Positions 1-11,900 of a stretch of 64,000 nt of DNA are shown piece after piece. The DNA is taken from the NCBI GenBank assembly GCA_001643675.2, contig LSRY02000024.1, forward strand, positions 1,273,569 through 1,337,568. The letters are read 5' to 3'. Source of the stretch: Monocercomonoides exilis PA203. Its lineage: Eukaryota; Protista; Preaxostyla. Every line of letters starts with the position of its first letter. Positions within the stretch are counted from its first letter, which is position 1. Below the pieces are notes generated by a model. The model was given only the letters and a program-made list of their open reading frames with translations. It was not told the origin of the DNA and did no database searches. Made by a program: the position numbers and the translations under genes.

Positions 1-1
1 G

Positions 2-1732
2 AGACATGACACCGCTCTGTGTGATGCTATGGGATGGACGATGGCCATGGTGTGGATTTGCTTTGTGCAAACAGAGCCACCAGAATGGATGAGACATAAA
101 GAAACACTTAAAGATAAAGACAGATGGACGATGGCCATGCACTGGATAAGATATGTTAAATCAGAGCCACCACTGTGGATGAGGCACGATAAAACCGTTT
201 GCGACACAAATGGGTGGACGATGCTCATGCTGTGGAAAATATTTATTGAAGCAGAGCCCCCAAAGTGGATGACTTATGATAATGCACTTGGTGATGAAGA
301 TGGAAGAACAAAGGCGATGAACTGGATCATCGATAAGAAAGCAGAACCACCGCTGTGGATGAGACATGACATCACACTTGGCAATAAAGACGGATGGACG
401 ATGACGATGTATTGGATTGCTGTTGCGAAGACAGAACCACCAGAATGGATGAGACATGACATCACACTTGGCAATAAAGACGGATTCACAATGGCCATGT
501 TGTGGATTATATTTACCCATGCGGAACCGCCAGAGTGGATGAGACATGGCGTTTCACTTGCAAATAATAAAAAAGAAACAATGGCAATGCTGTGGATTCG
601 TGATGTTAAAACGGAACCACCTGCATGGATGAGACACGAAAGCGCATTTGCAGATGATGACGGATATACAATGCCTATGTGGTGGATTCAGTTTGTTCAA
701 ACAGAACCTCCAGAATGGATGAGACATGATATTTCGCAAAAGAATAATTGGGGGAAAACAGTGGCTATGATGTGGATAGAGAATACGAAAACAGATCCAC
801 CAGAATGGATGAGACACGATATTACGCTTCGTAACAATTTCAAATCAACGATGGCTATGTTGTGGATTCAGTTTGTTCAAACAGAACCGCCAGTCTGGAT
901 GAGGCACGAAATTACACTTACCAATAAGAATGGGTGCACAATGGCCATGCACTGGATTCGATATGTCAATTCAGAACCACCAGAGTGGATGAGACATGAG
1001 AAAACACTTGCTGATAGCAAAGGAAGAACAATGGCTATGGTTTGGATTGAATATGTCAAGACAAACCCACCAGAATGGATGAGACACTACAATGAGCTTG
1101 CAGATAAAAACGGAAAACCAATGGCCATGAAATGGATTGCATATGCGAAGACTGAACCACCAGAATGGATGAGGCATGGTTATTCGTTGAAGGATACGAA
1201 TGGGAGGACGATGGCGGATCATTGGAAAAGTAATGTCAAGAGTTCACTACCAGAATGGGTGAGACATGATATAAAACTAAGTCAAAAGGATGGCTGGACA
1301 ATGGTAGATTGTTGGGAAAATAGTGTCAAGAGTGAACCATCAGAATGGATGACACATGACAAAACGCTTGATGATAAAAATGGAAGAACAGAAGCAATGC
1401 GATGGATCGTTGAGAAAAAGGAAGAACCACCTGAAAAAATAAGGCATGACATTAAGCTTTCAGATAATAACGGGCAAACCATGGCCATGCTATGGATTTT
1501 TTGGTTGAAATCAGAACCGCCAGAATGGATGAGACACAGCATCACCCTTTCTGACAAGAATGGAAGAACAATGGCCATGCACTGGATCAAGCAAGTTAAA
1601 ACAGATCCTCCTACATGGATGAGACACGACAAAATGCTTTGCAATAAGAGTGGATGGACAATGGCTAAACTCTGGGAATTCTTTGTTCAGACCGATCTAC
1701 CAAAATGGATGGAGACTGATAAATCCGCATGA
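2..1732 (+). CDS. 30-aa tandem-repeat protein, copy A (ankyrin-like G-x-T-M-A-M-x-W-I...EPPEWMRH units); 5' end probably lies outside the window
   Basis: ORF 29..1732 holds ~19 gap-free 30-aa units, consensus G-x-T-M-A-M-x-W-I-x-x-V-K-T-E-P-P-E-W-M-R-H-D-x-x-L-x-D-x-x. The frame is open back to position 2 (RHDTALCDA-M). Similarity to ankyrin (D..G.TPL) is by eye only. Confidence 0.85.
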   Translation, partial: RHDTALCDAMGWTMAMVWICFVQTEPPEWMRHKETLKDKDRWTMAMHWIRYVKSEPPLWMRHDKTVCDTNGWTMLMLWKIFIEAEPPKWMTYDNALGDEDGRTKAMNWIIDKKAEPPLWMRHDITLGNKDGWTMTMYWIAVAKTEPPEWMRHDITLGNKDGFTMAMLWIIFTHAEPPEWMRHGVSLANNKKETMAMLWIRDVKTEPPAWMRHESAFADDDGYTMPMWWIQFVQTEPPEWMRHDISQKNNWGKTVAMMWIENTKTDPPEWMRHDITLRNNFKSTMAMLWIQFVQTEPPVWMRHEITLTNKNGCTMAMHWIRYVNSEPPEWMRHEKTLADSKGRTMAMVWIEYVKTNPPEWMRHYNELADKNGKPMAMKWIAYAKTEPPEWMRHGYSLKDTNGRTMADHWKSNVKSSLPEWVRHDIKLSQKDGWTMVDCWENSVKSEPSEWMTHDKTLDDKNGRTEAMRWIVEKKEEPPEKIRHDIKLSDNNGQTMAMLWIFWLKSEPPEWMRHSITLSDKNGRTMAMHWIKQVKTDPPTWMRHDKMLCNKSGWTMAKLWEFFVQTDLPKWMETDKSA

Positions 1733-1979
1733 GTGTTTGCTTATTTGTGTTGGATGTGTCGTTTTCGATGCTTTCAATGAATCAGCTGATTAACATGTTT
1801 CTCAATAAAGGCAATTCCACAGCCTATCGAAATGCATGATTATTCTTTCTTTTGAAGTGACTTTCTATCTTTCTGCAAACACTCGGATATTCTTCAAGCA
1901 AATATCAGTTTGATAGCCTATCTATTCTTTATCAATTATTTTTTTTTTCCTCCTCATTTTATCTCAGCAATTTAAGCGT

Positions 1980-2160
1980 TTCATTTCATTTCTTCTTCTT
2001 CTCTTTTTATTTTATGTTATGTTATGTTATGTCATATTATATTATATTATATAATTTTATTTTATTTTATTTTGCTTAGTTTAATTTTGTTTTGTTTTGT
2101 TTTGTTTGGTTTGGTTTGATTTTGTTTGGTTTTGTTTGGTTTTGTTTGGTTTTAATTTTT
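1980..2160. repeat. Degenerate pentamer microsatellite (TTTCA/TTATG/TTTTA/TTTGG/TTTTG)
   Basis: Pentamer tandem units drifting in sequence, directly visible. Confidence 0.8.
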
Positions 2161-2486
2161 TACAAAATAATTTAAATAATTTTTATTTGATTCAGTTTAC
2201 AATCATAGAAAAGCTCAATATGAATCTCTTTCTCTCTTTTTCTTTTCTTATTTTCTTTTTCAATTTGTCAATGTGGCAAATGGATACAATACCGGTACAT
2301 CAGAATTGACTTTATTTTATGATAAAAGTATTTATCATAGTGTAATATCTATTCATACAAAATATCAGAGTGAGGAAATGATTCTATGTTGAAACAAATA
2401 TTTTTCAAAGAAAATAAAAAATTGGATTGGGACATATATTTATTAAAATTTCAAAATAAATAAAACTGTCGATTATATTGGAAAAA

Positions 2487-3545
2487 TTATACTGAAGGGC
2501 TGCATTCAGTCGAACTTTCTTCGTCTCCTGATCCAAGTGGATCAAAATCATCATCATTTTCGATTTCAGGAAGAGTGTCACCTGCATCTGGGATTTCCTC
2601 TTCATCCATTTCTTCTATTATTTCATTTTCATCTTCAATCAATTCATCAAGTTCATAATGAATCAAATCTTTCATCATATCTTTAAACTGAAGCTTCAAT
2701 GAACTTTTAACCAAAAACAATGTAATCTGATCGGCGAGATTTTTAATTCTCATTCCTGACTGAGGAAAGGATGACCATAAATGCTTCCATAACCCTTCAA
2801 TTGTGTTTGTGCAAGCCTTATTCTCTTTATTGAAGAATTTCCGCTTGTGGCAGACTGTTTCATGTAAATAACCAAACGTACTCAAACATTGGAAAGCTTT
2901 CCATTTGTCAGAATATATCTTTGTTCCGAATTTAAGGTGATCCAGAATTATTGGAATCAGTGTTTCTTTGGTTCTGTCAGGAACAATCATCATAAATCTG
3001 TCGCCATCTCCTCCACCTTCCAACCTTACGACTCCTCCAATAATCCAAATCAATTTCTTCTTTTTTCCTTTATGGTATTTCCTTCTTCTCCAGACTGCTT
3101 CGTCTATCTCCACAATCTTCCCCTCTCCTCCGATTTTGGCTGGTTTCTGTTCCAAATCCGCATGCAACAGCACCTCATTACACTAGCCCAATATGATTAA
3201 GTTTTTCTATTCACGGACAATTAAATTGAAACAGTTTTGATTAGGATTTTCAACCATAGATATAGTAAAACAAGAAAAGCAACTCAAAGGGGCTTTTTCA
3301 AATTTTCGAATACTGTTCCTTCATGAATTGAACTCTTGAATTTTCTGTAACTTGTGCAAATACAATATCTGTATCATTCTTCCTTTCTGCACATTTTATT
3401 TTTTTTTTTTGCGAATTTGCCATATTGTTGAAATAACATCTTGTTGAATAGTGAAATTTTAATTCCACGATTTCTTTTCATCATGAAATGTGAGACTCAT
3501 CAATGATATTGTTCTATCTTTAAAGATCAAATTTGGTTCAGCCAT
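2487..3545 (-). mobile_element. Merlin / IS1595 (ISXO2-like) DDE transposase; catalytic half intact, N-terminal half disrupted
   Basis: KIGGEGKIVEIDE, RKYHKG, IWIIGGV, DRTKETLIPII, IYSDKWKAF, HETVCH and TNTIEGLW are characteristic of the ISXO2-like/Merlin DDE domain. Upstream on the minus strand, SSIHEGTVFE and an ATG at ~3545 are separated from it by stops and frameshifts. No convincing TIRs or TSD found. Confidence 0.85.
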
Positions 3546-4664
3546 GAAAAAGGATTAATCATTCGGTTGGAGTGGACTCAACCGACACCCAAAAATTAAC
3601 ACACATTATCATTTTCCCAACATATTAAATGATAAATATTTTATTAATTCTTATTTTATTAAGAAAAATAACTTTATTCAAATATTTAAAATCATCTTCT
3701 ATCTTGTCATTAAAATACAAAAATAATTGGATTTTCCAGGAAAACCCTGACTTTTTGACCTTTTCTTAACCCTAGCAATTAGGAATAGAAAACAAAAAGT
3801 TTTCAACACTCAAAAAAATTTTCAATTTAGAGCTTGTTCATGAAAAGAAATAACATAAACATAAATACAATGGGTGTCATCAAAATCTGTGTTGATTGAT
3901 TCCACTTTTCCCAATCATTCCCTAAAATTGTGAAAAATTCAATGAAGAAGAAATTAAGTATAAATTTTGAACATGTTTCCACATAAAGTTAACAACTGAA
4001 AATATCATAATTATTTATCATTAATAAAGATAAATAGGTTGAAAGTGTTTTAGAATGTTCCGGAATAATACCGTTTTGCCTAGGTGCACCACATAAGCAT
4101 TTTTCTCTTTGAAAAACAGACAAACACATTAAACAAAAAATTTTCGTTGTACCATATTAAAATTCAGATGCAGTATCATGAAAGAAAATCATGAGTTTTT
4201 GCATTTCTCTTCAAATATTTTTATGTCTTGCACAGATGGAATGCATGCAAGTGAAACAAAAAGTCAAATTCACTTCTGCACTTCAACAACTTGCGACATT
4301 TGGATTTGAACAAGGTTTACCTAATAATATTGTGTTTATTCTTCATAGCACATAATGTCCACAATTTTACATTCTTCTTCGTTCAATAAATTACTAAAGG
4401 AGGTTACGCTAAATTTAATATTAAAATGAGGTGAGTTGCTTTTCTTTTTGATTTTTAAAGTCGAATTTATATTTTTATTTAGCGATCCTAATCCGATATA
4501 TATTTTTATGCTTCCAACAAGAGATTTTGAAAAATTGTTTAAATATCTTTTTTCATCATCAGAAACATGTGAAAATTATTTTTCCAACATTATTGTTTGT
4601 TTTTTTTTTCACCATCGATTTTCTTTCTTAAAAAAATGATAATTTTATCAGAATTTTGAAACAG

Positions 4665-7600
4665 GATATATCGAACAAATCAAGGATAATGAAACTTGCG
4701 AGTTTACTGAAGTATCTTACAAGCGCTATGGGATTGGTGTTGCTTCTTGTACTAACATTTCTCATTCTCTAAATATTGATTTCACGTTACTTAATCCAGG
4801 CCAACAACATCTGTCAGCTGGAGGTATTTCTTTCTTTGTATCTTTTTAACGCAGTAAATTCATTTTTGTAATTATTTTTTACTCCCAACATTTTCGCAAA
4901 TAGATATTGCAATAACATATTATTCATTCGTATCGTTGGGGATTTGGATTTGCTTGGGGATTTTGATATCATCTGCTTTTATGCTCGTTCGTTCAAGTGG
5001 GCAGCGTTCTGTTTTGATGGCGCTTTTATTCTCTACGACAATTTTGAAAATTATAATTTCATGTTTGATAACAATATCTTTGCGCCTTCACTTTTACAAG
5101 ATGAGCAGGCCGCATATATTTCGATTATTTTTATTCGGATTGTCCACAGCGGTTGGAAGTGGCCTTTGCTTTTATGTGTTTATGTTGCTTTCTTTAGGAT
5201 TGGACATCATCCATCGCAGAATTGGATTCATTACAAACATACTTTTGCTTTTCACGTGCATCTGCTTGGTTGCTATACGTGTGCTTACTCAATTTTTCAA
5301 TGGCTTGTTTTTCATTCTCATGCTCGCCCTCTTTTGTTGCGCTGGTCTGCTTCTCAATTGGCGTGTTGCGCGGAACATTCACGTGCTGGAGCGTCAGCTG
5401 CTGGCAACACCTTCGCATCCAATTGTGCTTTCGATTCCAACACGAGCAAAATTGAAGTTTTTTGAGAAGCTGCGACCGTTTGTGATGGTGGTGGTTGTGC
5501 TGCGGTGTGTGCACGTGGTGCTCGTGGTGAGTGTGGAGGAGGAGTCGTCTGCTGCAGCGTTTCTGTTTGATGATCTAACTGACTTTCTGTTGGTGGCGCT
5601 GATGATTGGCCTGATACTGACATGCTCATTCAGAAAGGCAGGGGAGCTGGAGCTGAACTTCTTGGCATTCACAAATCTGCGGCAGATCAGAGAGAGAAGA
5701 GAAGAGAGGAGAATGCGCGCTCAGCTGGCAAGTGTCTTTGAAGAAAACCAGAGGAGAATGGAGTTTGAAAGAGAACTCGGCAGAAATGCAGAATTGGATG
5801 TGCTGACGCTTCTTCCTCGCAGTCACTCAGCGCCTGCTTCTTTTCATTCTGTTCCATCTCTTTCACTTCTTCACTCTTCTCAGCAGAACATCTCTTCATC
5901 ATCTTCTTCAACAGATGCTCAATCATTTCAGTCAGATTCATTCAATTCTCATCTATTTGACTCAGAACATCATTCTCGCTTTTCAAACACATCTCTTTCA
6001 CAACATCCACATTCACAGTCAATTCATCTGTCAACATCTGACGCTTCAACCAGACATCTTTCTGCTTCCCAAAGTTTAATCACATCATCACCACCATCAT
6101 CATCTGCTTTTAACACAAGAGCATCAACAAACATTGAAGCTCATTCGTATTTTACAGATGTTCAGAGTGAAGCTGCAAACCATTCAGAAGACACTCAATT
6201 TGCACAACATGAACAATCAACAGCTGAACAAAATGTCCAATCACCTCAAAGTCAAAGGAACAGGAACAGGAACAGCAACAGAACAAGAAACTATGAAGAA
6301 GAAGAGGAGTTGAATGAAGAAACATTTGAAGAAATAGAAAATGTTTTGCTCGGCTTGGGAGTGATAGACGATGACTATGAGCAACATTCAAGTGAAGAAA
6401 GATCTTCAGAAAGAGTTAGAAATAACAACGAGGCAGGAGAAGGAGAAGGAGAAGAGGAAGACGATGACGATAATGAAGAAGATTCTGTTGCATCAGCGCA
6501 TAATTGGAGAGGTGCAACACATGAAGTTAATCACACAGACACTCCACAAATTGCTGAGTGGGAGACAGAAGATGATGCTATCACAGAAGACAGCAGCGAT
6601 TTCGAAGAAGAGAACAGCGAGTTTACAAACATTCGACATTTGAACATCTTTCGGCGCTGCTCATTTCGACTGCAAAAGAACCGGCTCTTTTTGATGGAGA
6701 ATGACCCTGGATTGTCTCCTCCAGCACGACTGTTTGCTTTTGCACGCCCGTTTTTGAGTCATTCTTTGCAAACACACAGTCAGCAGCAGCCACAAGAGCA
6801 AGGGAATGTAGAGGAGGAGATGGAATATGACAGGACAAGAGATCAAAACGAGAGAATTGAACAGCATCAGCAAGAAAGTGCACATAATAGAAATGCCATT
6901 GAAATGATTGAAATGAGTGAGATTCCTTATGATGCATCTGCATCATCATCCTCATCTTCGTCCTCATCATCTTCATCCTCCTCCTCATCATCTATTGCTA
7001 TTCCAGAGCACAATTCTCCAGAATCCCTTATCAATCTACTCGGAGCATCTGAATCAGTCCATACGCTTCCTCAGGACGATTTCATTGAGATGACATTCAA
7101 CAATCTCTTAGCCAATTGGAATTCCTCTTTTCGTCCAAAGACAAGAAGAGAGAAAGAAGCACAAAAGGATTCCATCGACATTGACGAGGATGCCTATGAA
7201 GGAGAAGCCTTTACAATGCTAATTTCAGGCGGTGGGGATTTATTTCAATCATTTGAACAGTATTTGGATGTGGAGGCGCTGATGGAAGGAGACGAAGAGA
7301 GAGACGAGAGAGAACTGATGAGGGCGATGGCCGAACGGAGCAGACTGCAACAGAATGAAGGCGATGCAATGAGAGGGAACTGGAGGGATACAATGAGAGA
7401 AGGAAGAAGAGGAAGAAGAGGAAGAAGATGGAGGAGGAGAAGGAGAATGCATCACACACATCACAGTCAAGGCACATCATCTGAACAGCATTCATTGGAA
7501 TTGGCACATTTGGAGGATTTACTCGACACATCTCAACACGAACAACTTCAACAGACAGACAGACAAGAGCAGAATGAGACAGAAAGGCAACATGAATCGA

Positions 7601-8157
7601 ATGAGGATGAAGAGAATGAAGAATACTCGGAAACAGACTCAACTTCATCAAGCGATTCTGCTGATGTGACAGATGCGACACATCAAAATGCAACTTCTTC
7701 TGATGAAGAAAGCGAAGATAGTACCTTAGATGAAGACGATGATGAAGACGATGCGGACGACACGGATGATTCGGAAGAAGAAGAAGAAGAAGAAGAAGAA
7801 GACATCACAACATTTGAAGCGAATGGAGTTGAGTCATTTCTGCGCTTTTTGCTTGGCTTAGATGAAGAGGAGCCATTGGAAGGAGAGTTTGATGAGAGCA
7901 TTGCAATGCATGAAGGAGGAGATGTTGGGGATGGAGTGAATGCACAAAATGGAGATGCAAACGAAGAAGGAACAGATCAAAACGATGTTTTGAATCAAAA
8001 TGACAATTCTTTCAGAAGTCATCTTCGTTCTGTTATCCAATCTCATTCGAAAAAATCAGAGGTGATAAACATGGATGCTGTAGCAAGCGACAAACAACCC
8101 TTGCATGTTTTGGAGCAGCCTGATGGAACATATTCTGTAGGGGTTTTATTGTGGTAA
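4665..8157 (+). CDS. GOST-family (GPR107/GPR108/TMEM87-like, lung 7TM) membrane protein with a very long acidic disordered C-tail; further 5' exons unresolved
   Basis: Exon 4665-4823 splices (GT 4824..AG 4903) in frame to ORF 4936, giving ...IDFTLLNPGQQHLSAG-DIAITYYSFVSLGIWICLG. This resembles the N-x-x-G-x-LSA-x-E motif before TM1 in GOST proteins. Several hydrophobic helices follow, then ~800 aa rich in D/E/S. Confidence 0.65.
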
Positions 8158-8368
8158 TTCCTTCATTTTCTGTTTCATAAGATATTGAGTCTTTTTGCGT
8201 ATATTTTTTAAATTTATCCAAATTTTACAATATGTTAATTTGTATTTTTATGATTTTTTGTTGACTTTCATTGAAAATATTATTTGTACATTATGGCATA
8301 CATTTCACAATGTTTTTAAACGTTTTATTTAAACTTTAAATAAAAGATCAAAACCATACTACAACAAT

Positions 8369-8946
8369 ATGTTGGTTGAACACGCAAGACAAATTGTTGA
8401 GTTTACCATCAGGAGATGGAATCTCAAAGAAATGTTTGCAGTCACTCCATATAATTCTTCAGAAAATGTGCACACATTCATAGTCACATTCAGTTTACCT
8501 ACACAGGTTTCAAACAAATTTTTGAAATATTTCTTTTTTATTTTTATGAAACAAAAATTAAAATATTTTCAAACAAATCTGTTGACGATTAATTATCATT
8601 AGGAAACTCCTATTCCTGAAACGATTGTGAGGCTTTTTTTCACCGTGGAGTATGTTCCTGAAACAGAAGAAACAAAAAGATATTTTCATTTCGAACACCA
8701 GAAATTCACACACGATGTTGACGATAACTTTATGCTTCCTGAAGCATGGATTCAAAGATTTATTAAAAATAAAGCAACGGTTTGACAAAAATTAATCGAA
8801 TTTGAAAAAAATTTATTTCTTAATCCGAATATTCATTTTATTTTTGCTTCAAAATTATTGTTATGAACAGGTACAATCACAATTCACATCATTATCAACG
8901 CAACGTTCTCTTGAAGTTCAAAAGAAGACGACCATTACAAGACTAA
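8369..8946 (+). CDS. AKAP14: AKAP14 / AKAP28-domain protein (ciliary/flagellar), spliced
   Basis: Exons 8369-8506 and 8603-8779, plus probably 8871-8946, give ...RRWNLKE...VTFSLPTQ|ETPIPETIVRLFFTVE...FHFEHQKFTH...LPEAWIQDLLKIK. This matches the recalled AKAP14 pattern WSIPTRRKPIP...VYF...FES.RL.H...EKWLKDIIE.K. Introns are GT-AG and phase-consistent. Confidence 0.6.
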
Positions 8947-8975
8947 GATGTACTCTCTCAACTCAGTCAAATGGA

Positions 8976-11900
8976 ATGTCAGCAAATCCAAATCACATTC
9001 ATATTTTTGATGGAAAAATAGCAGTGTACAATCCTTCAAAAAATCAAATTAATGTTTATTCAAGAACAGCTACAAATGCAACATTAGATCATGGTGCATT
9101 GAAGCTCACTTCAACAGCAACACATCCAATTTACGGGAACATTGTCAGGTGTTGCGTATACAACAAACTTCTTTTTGTTCAGATTCCATCACCACCACCA
9201 ACAAATCCTGATCTTCCTCCGCAATATCTGCTTTTCCATGTATTTGACACAGCTTCAATGAAAAAGCACAAGCTCTTCAGAATTCCTCTCCCAGCAGCCC
9301 TCCACACACATTCACTCGTTTTAACTGCTGCCACCATTTTAGACAACACCGCATTTGTTCTTCTAACTGTATCACCTTCATTGTTTGACTCATCTTCTGC
9401 ATCTTCTTCGCAGAGTTCCGACGCCCAGCCCAACAACGGGTCTGTCATTCCACCTTATCTCATCTGCTTCCACCTGCCAGCGATGGAAGAGAGCTGCCTG
9501 GTTGAGACAGCAGAGGCTATTCAGGGCGTCGATGTGCTGATGAGCGACGTGTCTGTGATGGTCGTGCCGTTTCCGTCGCACTCGCTGTTCAAGTCACTCG
9601 AAGCACAAAAGCAGTCTCAGTCTGATGAAAGCGACGACAGAGGAGAGAAAGGCCGAGACGGAAGCAGCAGAGGAATGGGTTCTGACGACAAAAACGGAGA
9701 AATGGACGAGGAAGAGAACGAGGAAGAAGAAGATGAGTTCGCTTTTTATGGGAAAGACGGGAAGCCGAAGCTGGTTGTGACGGATGTGACAGCGTTTTCT
9801 GGGCCGTCGAGGCAAATTGAAGAGAACGACATTGTGTTGGTGTTCACATACAACGCCAGAGAAAGCATTACAGACTGCCAAAACGCGCAGCCGCCTCGCA
9901 AAAACTCTGCTTCTGCTCTGTCATCGTCGTCTAACTCGAAGCAAGTGTTGTATCCACACACTCTTCTCTTCTACTCATTTGCACTCCGCCGCCCAACATG
10001 CATTTTGCGGCTGTGCACCAATGAAAATCCAGATGTTGATCGCTTGCTGCATCCACCGCCACCGAAAGACGAGAAATTGTCGTTTGAATTTGGGAAATAT
10101 GCATCCACAACGAGTTGGTGGGATGGAGGAGAAGATGGAAAGGGAGGAGTAAGACCAGACACGATTGCAACGACAGCAGCGTCGATGAGGAACAAGCACG
10201 AACACAACATTGGAAGAGGAGGAAGCTTTGGAAACCAGCAGGACTTGGAAGGGAGTGGTAGAGAGGGATATCAGGAGGGAGGAGATGAACGCAGGGATTC
10301 GAGTCATTATGCAGGGAGTGATGAACGAGAAAGCAACAAAGAAAACAAAGACGAATACAGCGAAGAGCAGCAAGCATCAGAATTGTCTTCGATGGAACAG
10401 GAAGCAAATGAAAACAACGATAAGATTGACTTCCAGAGGCGGTTGGGAACAACCAACTCGGCAGCCATCTTCACCTACCCAGCAACACATTATGCGTATC
10501 AGAAGGCGACGTCACTGAAAGGCGAAGAAAGTAGCGCTGTTCTGTCAGCTGCGATGACTGCTGCCACAAGTGACGATGCGCTGGCTGGGATGGAAGCAGC
10601 AGAAGGCGAAGAGAGAAATAGAGAAAAGGGGAATGGAGCGAATGGCAATAAGCATCTGAACTCTTCCTCTCTGCAGGGGCTGTCTCATCCACAGTGTGTG
10701 TGTGTGGATGAGCACCACATCGTCGCATCTTATTTGAGGACACTTGTTGTGTGGCCGATGAAAGGAGGGAAGCCAGCAGAGGGCATTCCACCTTATCAGA
10801 TGACAGGGCACAGTGACAGAGGATATGTCACATCGATTGTGCTGCACACGCCATTCTGTGTGACTGGCTGCTCTTCATCGAGGGCTGCAAGGTGTTTGTG
10901 CGCATATGAAGGGAAGATGGACAGCGAGAAGGACGAGAAGGAGAAATTGTATGTTGAAAATGAAGAAAGCAATGAGGGAAATGAGAGATATTTGATATGA
11001 TTTTTCAACGAACGCTCAGAATATTTTTTTATTTGATTATTTTTCATGTTTATTTATGAAACTTTGATATTCATTTTAATTCGTATTATATTGATATTTA
11101 ATCCCCCCCCCCCCCCCCCCATCTTTTAGACTGCATGAATTGGTTGTGTGGAATCTGAACACACATCTTTCAGTGCGCAAAGTGAATCCTTTGAGAGCAT
11201 TCAGCTCAAATCCATCATTTCCTCTGGCTCTTTTGGGACTGGCATTCCCAACAAGACTCATCCCATCTGCCAATCTGCACTCTGTCAGCTTGTCTTCTTC
11301 TTCCTCTCAATCATCCTCTGATGCTTCTAACATGGCTGATTCAAATGGTTTGTGTAGAAAATAATATTTAATTTTCTTTTGATTCTATGCGATCCTTTTT
11401 TTTTTTAAATAAATTTTTATTCAATAAAATACTTTTTCAATTGAAACACTCCAAAACACTTTGACTTTTTAAATCATTCTTCTTCTCTTTCCATTTTTCA
11501 TCCAATTCAGCCAAAGAAGGTGCCATCAACACGCCCATTCCAGTTGCATCTGCCACACCAGCCAATGCCGCTACACCTGCAGCCTCACCCACTTCATCCT
11601 TTGCCTCTTCTCCAATGGGAGCATCTCCAAACACATCTTCCTCTTCATCGTCATCATCTTCTTTGTCTGCTTCCTCCTCTTCCTCTTCAGATGCACCAAC
11701 AACCCAGCCATCCAGCAAATCATCATCATCTGCTGGTTCTGGCTCTTCATCATCTTCTCTTGTTCCATCGTCTGCCTCTTCTTCTTCTTCCTCTTCTTCT
11801 TCAGGCTCTGCCCGCTCTCTTTCCACGAAGCAGCTCTCCATCATCCACACAGCCTTCATCAAAGACACCCTCAGCATTGCTGCATTGACCACTCTTTCTG

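Noticed and set aside
29-1732. Conserved islands with variable intervals resembling a CRISPR array
   Set aside because: The 90-bp period lies in an open reading frame with synonymous variation, in a eukaryotic context with no cas genes.
2405-4510. Possible Merlin TIRs around CC(C/T)AATCC at ~2425 and ~4490
   Set aside because: The match is too short and AT-rich, with no target-site duplication.
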